From assembly GCA_001179505.1 (NCBI GenBank), contig CDMY01000477.1, forward strand, positions 298,602 through 362,601: a DNA stretch of 64,000 nucleotides, in the 5' to 3' direction. This document shows positions 43,493 through 56,350 of this stretch, in pieces. Position 1 is the first letter of the stretch. Every line of letters begins with the position of its first letter. Source of the stretch: Vitrella brassicaformis CCMP3155. Lineage: Eukaryota > Protista > Chromerida. The position numbers and the translations under genes are program-made. Under the pieces are notes generated by a model that was given only the letters and a program-made list of their open reading frames with translations, was not told the origin of the DNA and did no database searches.

Positions 43493-45334
43493 CTACTGTG
43501 CGAAGTTGAGTTTGAGTCCGTATTTGATCGCATCGGCGTTGGACACATTCAGACCGTCAAACTGACACAGTCACACACATACACAGAGGGAGGGGAGGGG
43601 TGCAGGCAAGTGTGTGTGTGTCTAAGTGTGTGTGCGTATGGGTGTGTGTTCTGTGGACCTGGAATCCCATGGTTGCGTTGAGGAGCGGGCTGAAGGTGTG
43701 GTTGACAGCGATGGCGACCTTGGCGTCCTGGCTTAACTGCACCCCACACACACCACACATCAGTTCAGTCCATCACCCAGCGCACCGAGATACAAATGGC
43801 TGTGCTGTGCCTATCCACTGCGCACCGACCCGTGCTTTGATGAATGTGTTGTTGTCGACCACGTATTTGCCGCCAAACGACATGCCCGTCTTGCTGTCCG
43901 CCAACGCATGGGCCACCTCAGTACCAACCTCAGTCGCACCATCTGACAGATCCACACACAGAGCTTAGGTAATGTTGTTGTTGTCTGTGTGGGAGCTGTT
44001 CATCGCCAAGCGCCTGATTACATTTGCAGTGGACATTCAGGAGCAGCTTGGCAAAAGGATTGGTGCCCTCCATCTGGCTGCAAGCAGCCATACACACACA
44101 CACACACACTCTCTCTCTCTCTCCGTCTGCGAATTTGTGCGTGTGTGAGCACGTCTTGAGTGATCCGGTCCACTGGTTGTTGGCGTAAGACGCGCCCATC
44201 GAGTACTTGAGGTTCGTCATGTCGAAGTTGCCCATCAACTCGCCTGAACAAACCAGCAAACACCCAATATGTGTGTACGTCACGTCACAGCAACAATCAC
44301 GTCACAGCCGCAATCATGCCCACCTCCGAGCTTGAAGCTCTTGTACTCGGCCATAGCCTGCGAAGTCCACATCCCTTGGTACGGCAGAACAGTCGCCTGC
44401 ACACACACACACACACGCGCACACACACAGAGAGAGAAAGAGCGATGCGCGCAAGTGTGTGTGGATGGCCTGCAGCGGGGGGCCGCGTGTGTGTGTGTGT
44501 GTGTATGCGTGTGTGTGTGTACCTTGCCGTGGATGCCTTTGTTTTGGTACTCGGCGGCCACCTCGACGTTGTCCGATGTGGTCTTGCCCTTACGACGGTC
44601 GAAGCGGGCATTCAGAATCAGACCCTTCGTGTAGTCACCCTGTCGACACATGCATTCGCCATGGCAATGTGTCAGTGTCCTCTTAGGGTCGTCAGCTGTT
44701 CCCTCCCCCCACCGCACTCACCGTGTATTTGGCATCGAATGTGACGCTGCCGTTGACGAAGAACTTGCCCTCGACTGACACATCCCTGCACACCACACGC
44801 AGGCCCATTGCCGACACACACGACCGAACGAACGAACGAATCAACGACCGGAATCCCATGTGGTAATGTGGATTTCTGACTGATTTGCTCAGTCACTTGT
44901 TAGCGAATTTGAGGCTGCTGTTGGCGTCGAGGACGCTGCCGGCCGGCAGCACCATCGCTTGCTGCGTGAAGGACTGCACACAAGACAAGACAGACACACG
45001 CAGCGCAGCACCCAACCACCATCGATTAAGCATACACACGTGGTCCACGCCACGTGGGGCTGTTAGGCGCCTTACAAAGTTGCCCGATTTGCTTCTGATC
45101 TCGGCCTCCCATGGCTTCTCGTGGGGGAAGTCCTTCGAAATCACATCTGCAGCACAGCACAGCGCAGCACAGCAGACACATGCCGCACACCATATCGACC
45201 AGACAGACAGAGAGAGAGAGAGAGAGTGTGTGTGGTGGCTGGTGTGTGTGTTCGCGCCTTCTGCCCCCTCCCTCCCCTCTCTGTGTGTGCCGCTCACCCG
45301 CCGCATTCTTGCTGATATCTCTGAAGAGCACCAT
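43493..45334 (-). CDS. VDAC: Mitochondrial outer-membrane porin (VDAC)
   Basis: N-terminal helix MVLFRDISKNAA|DVISKDF, amphipathic beta strands, FGGKYVVDNNTFIKARV, AIAVNHTFSPLLNATMGFQ|FDGLN..AIKYGLKLNFAQ* (C-terminal beta-signal). Confidence 0.88.
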
Positions 45335-45785
45335 CTTCCCTCACGCCAACAACACAACACAGGGCACACCACACAGCAGGGGGCGGGTCACTCAGGGCAG
45401 CTGCCAGCCGTCAGATGACAGGAGACAATCGATCTGCAGGGACAAACAAAGGCAGGCGCACACGCATCAGTGCCTACACGGTGTCTGTCTGCCAATGCAG
45501 TGGGCCTCCCTCCTCTGCTCTCTGCTCACATCTTCGCCCACGTCGCTTCCCTGCCTGCCTGCTATCTGCTGTCTGCCTGCTTTCTGCCTGCTGGTCCTCT
45601 CTGTTGCGTCGCGTGCCGCTGACCTTCTGCTTTGTTCGACCGAGCTCGCACCCACGGGTCCAGGGTTCGGGTTCGGGTGTAGGGTTTGAAAATTGGGGGT
45701 CACCCATCCCCCTTCCCTCCCTGCCTTCCGCAGCAATGCGGTGACTTGTTCTGTACCATTGATTATCGCAGAGGCGTGCAGGACC

Positions 45786-45837
45786 ATGGTAAGGCAGAAG
45801 CAGCTGCAGACGAGGGAAGGGTGGACACACAAGTCCG

Positions 45838-45871
<34 letters not shown>

Positions 45872-46255
45872 CATGTGTGTGTGCATGTGTGTGTGTTCAT
45901 TGCACTGCAGCTTGCCTCCATCGCATTCTGTGTGTGGGGCTGCGTTGCTGTTGGAGCCCATGCCGTTGTCGCGGCCAATGGCAGAAACGCCTTTGCAAGA
46001 TGTGCTGTGCTGTGCTGTGCACACTCAATCACTCACTCACACGCGCGCATCCATGGCCGGCACACACGTACGTGTGTGTATGTGTATGTATGTGTGTGTG
46101 TGCAGACAGGAGAGTCGACGGGCGCGGAAGGGTCTCTGCTTTTCCCTTCCCTGCCGCCGACAGGTCCGCAGGCCTTTCTATGTGTCATCATTATGCGAAT
46201 GGGAGAGTGTGTGTGTGTGCCTGTGTGCCTGTGTGCCTGTGTGCCTGTGTGCCTG

Positions 46256-46286
<31 letters not shown>

Positions 46287-47435
46287 GCAGCTTGCCGGCG
46301 CAGCAGCTTGTGCAGATAACGAGCAATCGCACCGATGAGGGGCAGGGAGGTAAGCTTGCAGGCACACCGCATTGGTTGATTGGGTACGTATACGTGTGGC
46401 TGTGTGGTTTGGTTTGTGTATTTGTGCGCAAACACACAGGGCCCTTCGGGCGCTACATGGTCATGATCAAGAACAAGGGTGAGTTCATTCGCTTGCCACA
46501 CATAGAGACACACTCAGACACACACACACACACACACTTCCACACCCGGTGAGTGAAGTGAATGACACAACCAACAGATTACCGTGGCAACGACATCAGG
46601 AGCATCGGGGGGGTGAAGAGCCAAGAGGAATGCGCACGGAAGTGCTTCGAGCACGGCAGCTGCAAAGGTGGGCCGTCCATCGATCCATCCATCCATCCTC
46701 CACCCATCCATCTGTCTGTATGCTTATCTGCCGACCTGATACAATTCCGTGCAGCAATGTCTTACGATAACCGCTGGGGGAGACACCGATGTTGGATCAA
46801 ACGGACAAACAAAAACCTCCGGTCGGTCGATGCGTTTCTGCACATAACGTGTGTGTTCGGCTGGGCGTGTATGTGTGGTGTGTAGGGTGCTCATGAACGT
46901 TTTCACGGGCTTCATGAGCAACGAGTGCAAAGGGGGAGACTACTGCGGTAAGCCATCCAGTGGAGCGAGCAGAACAGGGGACGCGCTCGCACACACACAC
47001 ACACACACACTGAATGTCTCTCAAAGTCTCTCTTTCTTTCTTTCTTTCTGTGTGTGTGTGTGTAGTGGACAGATTTGGTGAGTAAACAACCCAGACAAGG
47101 GGCCTTCCGTCTGTGTGTCTGTCTGCCTGCCTGCGTGCAGAGGGCCGACAATACATGGTGATGTTTCACTCTCAAGGTTTGCACAGCACACTCATGCCAA
47201 CTCTGCATGTGTGCACACAATGTCACTCACAGGCATTGCATTGTGTGCCTCTCTCTACGTGTACATAGATTACAGAGGCGCCCCCTTCGGGAGAGTGGTA
47301 ACGGCGAATGCCGACCAGTGCGCCTCCCACTGCCTCAACGATCAAAGATGCACAGGAAAGCAGCGCAGCGAGACACATCCATCCAATGCATGCTCATATC
47401 ACCACACACGCCCACACACGCCCATACATTCGTCC

Positions 47436-47468
<33 letters not shown>

Positions 47469-50142
47469 CCTGTGTGTGTGCGTTTGTGTTGGTGAAATTG
47501 AATCAAATGCAGCCTTTACGTTTAACCCGGACACCGGCAACTCGTGCTGGCTCAAATCCACGCCAGGCAGCCGAGCCAAGTAGGCCACGCCATACGCACA
47601 GACACACACACACACACACACATACACATGCACAGGCTTAATTGGGCGGGCGTGTATACCGGATTCCCTTCTGGCGGGTGCAAAATGGGCGGGGGCGACT
47701 TCTGCAGTACGCACACGAATGGCTAGCTACCTGCCTGCCTGTTTGCCTGAGACACACAGGCGGATGCATGGAAACTCTGTCTCTCTCTGTTTGTGCGTGT
47801 GGCCGGCAGTCGACAGGGAAAGTCAGTCAAGCCGCGGACGAGCACATCCATCCACACACTTATCCACTCATCGCTCTCTCTGTCTCTCTGTCTGTGTGTG
47901 TGTAGGCGGTCGCAGGTTCAACGCCGTCATGAAGGAGGGTGCGCACAAGTCTCTATGTATATGTGTGCGTGGGCCCTTTGCACACAATACACACCTGCGC
48001 GTGTCGTGTGTGGGTGTGTGCGCAGGCACCTACATGGTTATGTACGAGAACACCGGTGCGCATTGAGCGAACCCATTCATCCACAAATCAGTGCTTTCCT
48101 GCCTGGGGGTCTCTCAGATTTCTACGGCAACGACATCAAGGGATTCAACACAGACAGCGCGGCATCGTGCGCGTACGCGTGCTTCAAACACCCCGGGTGC
48201 AAAGCAATGTCATGGGTCACTGACGGCCGGAAGATCTGCCTGCTCAAGAGCAAACCTGCAACCAGAAAGTAAGTATGAGAGGCAGAGGTAGAGACAGAGA
48301 CAGAGACGCAGAGACACGTTCTTTCTGTGTCGATCAATCAGGGGACATCGCCATCGGTATTCAGGCGAGATTTCTTCCGCATGCCCTTCCGGCAGATTCT
48401 GCTGTAAGTACGCACATTCTCATCAACGTCGATCGCCTCTCCGTGTGTCTGTGCCTGTTCCTGTGGCTTGCTTGTTTTGACGCGCGAACCCGCACAGACG
48501 AGAAGCAGGGTGAGGACGCCAATGTACTCTCATGCGTGATGAAAAGATCTCTCTCTCTCTCTCTCTTTTTCTCTCCGTCACAACTAAAGGATTCGAGTCA
48601 CCTCCCGAGTCACTGCCGCAGAACGCCCCACAAATCCAGAGATACGGTCGGTGAGAGTGAGGCATGGACGCGCTCACGCACAAAGGCATGCGTGGACGCA
48701 TTGAATGGGCCTTTGTGTGACAGGCAAGGGGCCTTTCATGGTTATGTTCCAACGAAAGGGTCGGTGAGGCATGCAGGGGTCCAGTCGTGGGTGGGCGTCT
48801 GGGTGACTGGATACGCGGATGTGATGTCTGTGTGTAGATTACTGGGGCAACGACATCAAGAGCTTCCATGCGCAGTCGATGGAGGCCTGCGCCAAGGCGT
48901 GCTTCGAAACGAAGGGGTGCGGGGCTATAGCGTGGAATATTGGCGGCCGCAACTGCTGGCTCAAGACTAAGGCGGCGAACTTCCGGTCGCTCAGTTGGCA
49001 TGTCCCCTGTGTATCTGTTGTCATCCTTATGCGTGCTCTCTCTCTCTCTGCTATCCGACGCCCAGCCACAACCACTGGCGCGCGTCGGGTTTCATTTCGG
49101 ACCTCTGCAATAAAGGCGATTTTTGCATCGAGAAGGACCGTAAGCAGGCACACAGAGACGCAATGAGCGCCTGTGGCCGGCCGGCCATGTGTGTTTGGTT
49201 CTTGGTTGGCTGGATGCAGCCGGCAAGAACATCGCATTGGGCAAGACGGCGTCGGCGAGCGGTTCGTGGCGCGGCACCACACCGAACTTCGGCATCGATG
49301 GTCAGGACTGTGTTCACCCCCCACCAACCCCACAGCTACATCCACACAAACAGACGCACAAACAAGCAGACATCCACACGTGCAGGCAATTCTTTTGGGC
49401 GGCATCCGGTGATGCACAGTAGAACGGGATGTGGCCCACACTGGTCAGTCAGTCAGTCAGTCAGTCGGCTCTTGGATGCGACGCGATGCGATCGGTGTGT
49501 ACGTCTGCCTGTCCGTCCGTCTTTGTAGGTGGCAGGTGGATTTGGGCAAGGACTACCCCGTCGGCAAGATCATCGTATATAACCGATACGATTGCTGCGA
49601 CAACAGGTAGATAGCTAAGGACGTGACGTAGCTACACGCACATTCGACATACATACTCTCTCTCTCTCTCTCTCTCTCTCGCTGACATGCAGGGCTGACG
49701 GCATTCAGTTCTGGATCGGCGACAACCCCCGGACAAAGACAGGCAACGAATTGTGCGGCACACTCAAAGGTCACCCATATGCCCTATGGGACTGACCACA
49801 CACCAGACACGTCACACATCGTCATGGCATTGCATGTTGATCAGGCACCAAGTGGCTCTATGTGCTGTGGTGTAACATAACGGGCCGATACGTCTACGTC
49901 GCACACACCAAACACTGCACACACATCAACATCGCCGAAGTAATCAAGGCACCCAGCCCCGCCAAGCCAACACACACACACACACACACACGGACGGGAC
50001 AGTGTGTGTGTCTCTCTCTGTGTGTGGGGTGGGCATGTAGATCCAGGTCTATGAGCAACAACCGCTTCCTCCCGCGAATTCGTTATCACCTGAAATGGAC
50101 TTTTTCTCAGGTGAAAACAGACTTCAGCGTGCACTCATGTGA
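45786..50142 (+). CDS. Secreted adhesin/lectin: 4 PAN/apple modules + C-terminal fucolectin (F5/8-type C-like) domain; 3' end may extend to ~50577
   Basis: Signal M|LASIAFCVWGCVAVGAHA. Four repeats: DYRGNDI..EECARKCFEHGSCK|AM..CWIK; DYRGAPF..DQCASHCLNDQRCT|AFTF..CWLK; DFYGNDI..ASCAYACFKHPGCKAMSW..CLLK; DYWGNDI..EACAKACFETKGCGAIAW..CWLK. Then NIALGKTASAS..., WQVDLGKDYPVGKIIVYNRYDCC..R, GRYVYV, NIAEV|IQVY. Confidence 0.9.
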
Positions 50143-50323
50143 TCGCTCTGCTCCTCCTTGGAGGTCTCACACATCAGTGTAATGATAGTGATTCTGCAAT
50201 GGGACGTGCCGCTAGATAAGGCCTGGACGAACGAATCGCTCTGTCATTCTCTCGAGTCACACGATTGTGTGCTTGCTTGTCAGTCAACAATCAATGATGG
50301 ATCATTTAGATTGTCATTCAACT

Positions 50324-50845
50324 CATTCATTCATTCATTCATTCATTCATTCAGTGAATCACTGCATCACACTGCAGACAACCCTCCTCGGTTGCTTCGC
50401 TTGGGAGACGGCCGTGATCCTGGCCTGACTGGCCACGATGTGGCCGGCCATGGATGTCTCACATCAGCCATACATGGTCAATATAGCCGGCCACCCTATA
50501 GGAAAACACCCACCACCTCCCCCGTCGGGTCTTCCGGCGGAAGAGCCGACGGGGGACTCCCCTACGTCCATGGGTAGTATCGGTGCCTTCGACTGGAAGG
50601 GTTCATAGTTCGTGTCCCCCGTCGGCTCTTCCGCCGGAAGACCCGACGGGGGAGGTGATGGGTGTTTTCCTATAGGGTGGCCGGCTATATTGACCATGTA
50701 TGGCTGATGTGAGACATCCATGGCCGGCCACATCGTGGCCAGTCAGGCCAGGATCACGGCCGTCTCCCAAGCGAAGCAACCGAGGAGGGTTGTCTGCAGT
50801 GATGCAGTGATTCACTGAATGAATGAATGAATGAATGAATGAATG
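50324..50845. repeat. Near-perfect long inverted repeat: arms 50324-50557 and 50614-50845, 56-nt spacer
   Basis: The right arm is the reverse complement of the left arm apart from one substitution (ACCCACCACC vs ACCCATCACC), one 2-nt indel and microsatellite length. Confidence 0.98.
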
Positions 50846-51879
50846 GAATCAATTCATTGATTCACTGACAAGCAAGTACACACTTATGTGCCTCGACTGA
50901 CGCCCTGTCATTGCGGAATGGCGAAGTCTTTTTTTCTGTGGGTTTCACACAAGCACTTCACTGCAAATGCGTCGCATTCGGATCATTCGGGCCTGTAAGG
51001 GCTCAAGGCTTGCCTGACGCTGGCAAGAAGTCTGTTTTCTCATGAGAAAAAGTCCATTTCACGTGATAACGAATTCGCGTCAAAAGAGCCGATCGCACAC
51101 GAGGCCGGACAACAAGACATCCCAGGTACTTACTGATTGCGCATGCATGTCTCAGTCATCCAGTAAACAACCACTCTCTCTCTCTCTCTCTCTCTCTCCC
51201 TCATCCCCTCTGTGTGTGGGTGTGTGTGTGTGTAGTCGCTGCGCCGGATGTACCGAGATTGGGCACCAAGACCGTCGGCGAAGAGGGAATTGTCGTCACC
51301 TTGTAGCGCATTGACTTGTGGACCATGCATTTCGATCGCCGCTGCTCTGCACTGCTTTACATATGTGTGTGGATATACGCGTAGGTCCTGCCCAGACCAG
51401 CTTTTTGTGCTGTGTGTGTCTCCTTCTACACGTGTAAGCGTCTTTTGGTCCTTCCTGCCGCTAGCTGAAGGTTGCAGTGCTTCGTCCTCATTCACGCACA
51501 GAGGATGCAGTGTGTCCCACCAGCATCACACGTACGAGCACCCACCCAGCCACCCACAACTATCACAAATACCACTCTCTCCGTTGGCATCACATTCTGT
51601 GTGTCTCGGTGTATGTGTGGAGCTCCTCCCCGCCGTCCCTCCGGCTATCTGCCCGTCCGAGTGTGAGGCCCTCCTTCCCTCCCAGCAGCAGAGAGAAATG
51701 AGCGAAAAGGGCAGATAGAAAGCCTTCACGTCGCCACTTCCTTTCCCCCTTCCACCGTATGCATGCCTCGCCATTGGTGCCAATGCTCCAAATGAGAATG
51801 CGATCGACTCAGCGACGGCGATCAGTGGCATACTGGCGGCCCCTCAAACCTGACAATTCAGAAAGAGACACAAAGAGAC

Positions 51880-52149
51880 TTAAAGCACCGATCGGCAACC
51901 ATCTTCATGTTTGCCCGCCTGCGCACCAGTGTCCACCGCGCTCCTGGCTTTGCTGAACCGGGGCATCTTCCACTGGCTCTCCACCTTGCCCCCAGAGGCC
52001 GTGATGGACCCGCGCGAGGCCCTCACGGCCTCGTCATGACAACGGATGTACTTCATCACGTTGTCCCTGATGTGGTCCCTGGGCATGATGCCCCTCTGCT
52101 GCATCGCCCCACGCACACCACCATAGGCCGGCTGCAGCAAAGTGGCCAT
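51880..52149 (-). CDS. Small ORF or fragment resembling the N-terminus of enkurin-domain protein ENKD1-like proteins
   Basis: MATLLQPAYGGVRGAMQQRGIMPRDHIRDNVMKYIR...SQWKMPRFSKARSAV. The family resemblance is from memory only and no enkurin domain is seen. Confidence 0.4.
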   Translation of the reverse strand: MATLLQPAYGGVRGAMQQRGIMPRDHIRDNVMKYIRCHDEAVRASRGSITASGGKVESQWKMPRFSKARSAVDTGAQAGKHEDGCRSVL

Positions 52150-52428
52150 TCTATGGCCGTCAAATGCGTGATCGTGGTGCGAGGAGGGGAGGGGTCTGGA
52201 GAGAGAGGGGCGGGGGGAGGCCTTGGTGGCCACAGCATGGCGCTTCGGAGGCAGACTGAGGACCAGACAAGACGAGAATTGATGAAGGGATGTTTCTGTG
52301 CATTTATTGCTGTGGGCTTACTCGTTGTTGGGACGGTTGGCATGCGATGGGTGCTTTGATGTGACGTTGACATTAGCTGCAGACAAGATAAGGCCAACCA
52401 GTCCGCAGTCCTTTGATGTCTCTCGCCT

Positions 52429-53147
52429 CTATATGATCCCACCGATTCTGCTGGCGATGGGCGTCGCCCTGCTGCTTTTTTTCTTCCCCTCCCTGGCCCC
52501 CTTGCCAGCGCTTTCGGCGGCGACAGCTTTCGCACGTGTGTGCGGCGGCCCCTCGGCAGACACCTCATGCACTGCAGATATAGAGGAGCATAATAGAGAA
52601 GCATCATGCTCTGTTGCTTCTGCCATTCCGTTTTTCTGAAGAACTCACCGTTGCTCATCTCGGCATTCTGCGTCTCCATCCTTTCCTTGGCCCCACTATA
52701 CTCACCACCAGGGACTGGCACGGCCGACACACTCTGTGGAACTGCAGGGCCTGCACACACACATGAGAACGACATGCATTCATGTCGATGACAAATCTGC
52801 GTCTCGAGCTCTTTCTCACCTTTGCCTTTATCTCCAACCGTCTCCACTGTCTTCTCAGTGCCCCTTTCCCTTTTCGTCGAAAGGAAAGCCCCGTCAGAGA
52901 GGGCCTCCTTCATCGCAGTCCCTCTGAAGTGCAGCCGAGCCACCTCTGCAATGTCGGCACGGCCCCTGTCCTGCGTCAACGTCTCGCGCCGCCGGACACC
53001 CACCGCGGCATCACCACCGTCGCCGACGTGATCCGCCGTGAGGGCGGAGGTGGCCTTGACAGCGGCCTCCTGCTCGAGTGTTCTCCTCATCATGAGGCCG
53101 TCGAATTGGCGGCGATAGCTTCGGTATCGGGGGGTCTCATCCTCCAT
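52429..53147 (-). CDS. Hypothetical low-complexity spliced protein (paralog ends at TAG 11019-11021)
   Basis: ORF MEDETPRYRSYRRQFDG..., then GT-AG-bounded exons ending VHEVSAEGPPHTRAKAVAAESAGKGAREGKKKSSRATPIASRIGGII*. The paralog at 10.9 kb ends ..TASKIGWII*. Confidence 0.5.
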
Positions 53148-53591
53148 TTCGGCCCTCCAGTACTATAATGCGTTGGAAGAGCCGAGTTCCATTCTTGCAC
53201 GGATGCGAATCTCCACGGCAAGGAATTGAGACGGGACGAGAGTTTTTTCGAAGATTCGACAACTTTTCACATTTTCGGCTCCGCATCGCCTTTCAGCCTT
53301 CTCTGGGCCACAGATGCCCGCTTCTGTTTCTTTCCATCTGCATTTTGGCTTTGTGCGGTCCACCCGGTCCGCCTCTACCGCCGGGCCACAGAAGAGCTGG
53401 TTCCGTGCGTTTGGCCGTTCTTGTTGTGACAGAGCAGCTCCGTATTGTCATTGCAATGTTCAGCAATGAGCAAAAAGTCCAACGAAGCGGTGAGCAAACG
53501 AACGACGTTCTATGCATGTTACCTTGTTGTCCTGGATATGTATGGCACATTTGTCCTTCCCTGCATTCGCATTGTGCGTATGTGATCTCAG

Positions 53592-56350
53592 GGCCCGTCC
53601 GCCACCCGCGACAAGTATAATCTGCGCAAGACCACCAAGGACTGGCTGAGGAGCGACAGAAGAAAGCCGAGGAGCGCCGCAAAGCCGCCAACAACCGCAA
53701 AGCCCGCTCCCGCGACCCACACGAGAGAGAAGAGCAGCAGCGCCAGCATCGCAAGAAGAAGACCCGCCGGGGCGGCAAACACCTGAAGCGCAAGGCGCCA
53801 GTAGTGCGGAATGGGACGGAGGAAGAGGGTGGTGGGCAGGGGGAAGGAGGGTGCATGGAGTTGTGTGGTGGCCGCTGCGGGAGCTCGACTATGAATGCGC
53901 GGAATCATCAAGCAGCACTGCATATTCGCCGGTACATGGACAGGCAGCATGGTTCGACAAGGGGATTGAGGGCGAGAGGCAGGCGGAGCCTGAGGGAGCC
54001 GAGGACGGTGATGGGATGGACGTCGACGACGAGTACCCCAGGATCGCCTTCCCTGACGGCACGAGCGAGGCCACCAAGACCCTCACCAGGGAGATCGTCG
54101 CCGGCACATTCACCCAGCACAGCGTCACGGCCATGCTCCACCAGGGGGCCGACCCCAAGGTCATCGTCGACGTCGCATTTGAGCATGAGACCCTCGACAA
54201 CAGAAGCCTGGTGATGCTCGCGATGGAGCACCACGACACCAACACGCAGACCGCCAGGGTTGTGCGTGTGCTGGTGCCGCCATGGCGAGGCGGTGGAGGC
54301 GGCGGTGGGGTATGGGATGTGGGGGGTGCTGACGGCGCTGCTGATGGGGGAGCCCGTTCTCAAGAACAGGCAGCTTCTGCACTGCCTGCATCGCAGTGAG
54401 GCCCTCACGGACAAGGCCAAGCTCGGCCTCGCCAAGGCCCTGCTCGCCCGTGAGCCATCCCTCACGGCCGAAGAGGACAAGGACGGCAAGACGCCCCTCG
54501 ACAAGTTCACGGCCAGCCCCCTTCGTGACGCTGCATCTCAGAGGGAGCTGCTCCGGCTGCTCGACCGCAATGGAATGCGGCCTGAGAGAGAGGAGGACAT
54601 GAATATGAATGACGGGCGGGGGCTGGGCTTTGGGCGGAAGCACAAGGAGAGCAGGTAAGACTAGTCGACAGACACAACTAAGTGCCCTCTACCCATCAAT
54701 ATACACACACACACCTTGTGTTGTCGGCCATATCCCTTCTAAATTGCTCCCTTGTACGTACAGGCCGCTGAGGGGCCGCGACGATGCTGCCGATGACAAC
54801 GATGACATGAATGACGGGCGGGGGCTGGGCATGGGCCGGTCGTGCAAGTAAGCAAGCTTCTCCGACACACCGATCAATCCTTACACACACACATACGAAT
54901 GGACAATCTGCTGATGTGCTGTCTTCCTCCAATAACTGGTCTATGCAGGACACCATCGCCACCACCACCACAAGTATGTGGTCCTGCTTCCACGGAATCG
55001 ACGTGCCGAGACTGCCGCTGAGCGTGCCGCTGAGTGACATGTGTGTATCCTTCGTGGGTTTGTATCTTGTTCTCGTCTGTACGTACGTACAGTGAACATG
55101 GCGGCCGACGCCGCTCGTTCGTATGGACCCCGACCATCGGGAGCTCAAGGGCCGGCCACGGATCAGCCCACAGACGGTAGCTTCATGCACACATTCACAC
55201 ACACACACACGCACACGTGTGTCATTCTTTCTTGATGTGTGTTTGCGTGTGTCAGATGTTGGGCATGTTGAAGGGCGAGTACGGTGACGTGGTGTCGGGC
55301 GGGTATACGGTGCTGGACGCTCGATGGACCGACGAGTATGAAGGTATGTGTATATGCCGCATGGACAGACAGACACCCTCACACACAGACAGAGACAGAG
55401 ACAGAGAGAGAGACCACATGCGAAACGACGTGTCTGTGTGGTGTGTGTATGCCATTGATTGCATTGGCCATGCAGGAGGGCACATTGAGGGGGCCATTCA
55501 TGCATCGAGCAAGGAGACCGTCCGCGATGCCCTCTGGGACCCCAATGGCTGCCCCAAATACGGACCACAACACGTAACCAACGCAGTCCATCCATCCATC
55601 CATCCATCTGTGTGCATCAACAAGACTGACTGATGTGTTTACTCAATGTCTGTCTTTACCTCAATCAATCAGGTCGTGGTACTGACTCTGACTCAGGAGA
55701 ACTGGCTGAACCACAGAAAGACTTGTCTTTACTAAGTTTACTTGTCTTCTCTGTGTGGCTGGGTGGTGTGCAGATCGCTGGCTACGTTTTATATTTCATC
55801 GATTCATGACGACTCGTTCAACCGCACTGCCTTCTTTAGCCCTTTGCACATCGAAGGTGAAATGTCAAAGCAGACCAATCGACCCCCGTGTACGTGTCTC
55901 ATGCCTGTGTGAAGGTGGATCGCCGTCTGCATCTTTCCATCTCGCGCCCGGTCACACAGGTACGTAAGTGAGGGATAAGGGAAGACTGCACAGCCACTTC
56001 GACGTGCATCCTAGGCCTTCTCCAGCTCCCTCTTGATTGGATCGTTGACTTGGTGTCTGTCTCTGCCTGTCTGTCTGTCTGTCTATCGTGCGTGTGCGCG
56101 TGTGCGCAGCTGATGTATGTCAAAAAGGGGAAAGCTGCCGAGCTCCCAACACAACAAGACTTCGTAAGCCAGGCCACAACAGAGAGAGACATGACTGACC
56201 TGACCTCTCTTCTTGATTCATTTCCTGACAGGATGGCAACACGGCGCTGCACACTGCAGCCCACTTCAACAACACAGCTTCTGTAGAGCAGCTACTGAAG
56301 TGGGGCCAGGAACAGGACCTGCCTCTCCTCAGAATCAGCAACCATGAGGT
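53592..56350 (+). CDS. Mosaic hypothetical gene or pseudogene: basic coiled-coil, ankyrin-like repeats, Cdc25-type rhodanese fragment, further ankyrin repeat
   Basis: AEERQKKAEERRKAANNRK...; MLHQGADPK, SLVMLAMEH, AVEAAVGYG..VLTALL, LAKALLAREPSLTAEEDKDGKTPLD; RISPQT|MLGMLKGEYGDVVSGGYTVLDARWTDEYEG|GHIEGAIH; DGNTALHTAAHFNNTASVEQLLKWG. Apparent frameshift near 54280. Joining these into one gene is unproven. Confidence 0.55.

Noticed and set aside
45494-45689. Hydrophobic ORF MQWASLLCSLL... as the adhesin start
   Set aside because: It ends in a stop without a good donor. The ATG at 45786 followed by GTAAG and a signal-peptide exon fits better.
50324-50845. CRISPR array, tRNA, SRP or snRNA identity for the palindrome
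   Set aside because: No repeat-spacer periodicity, cloverleaf or recognisable conserved ncRNA motif was found by eye. It is reported only as an inverted repeat.
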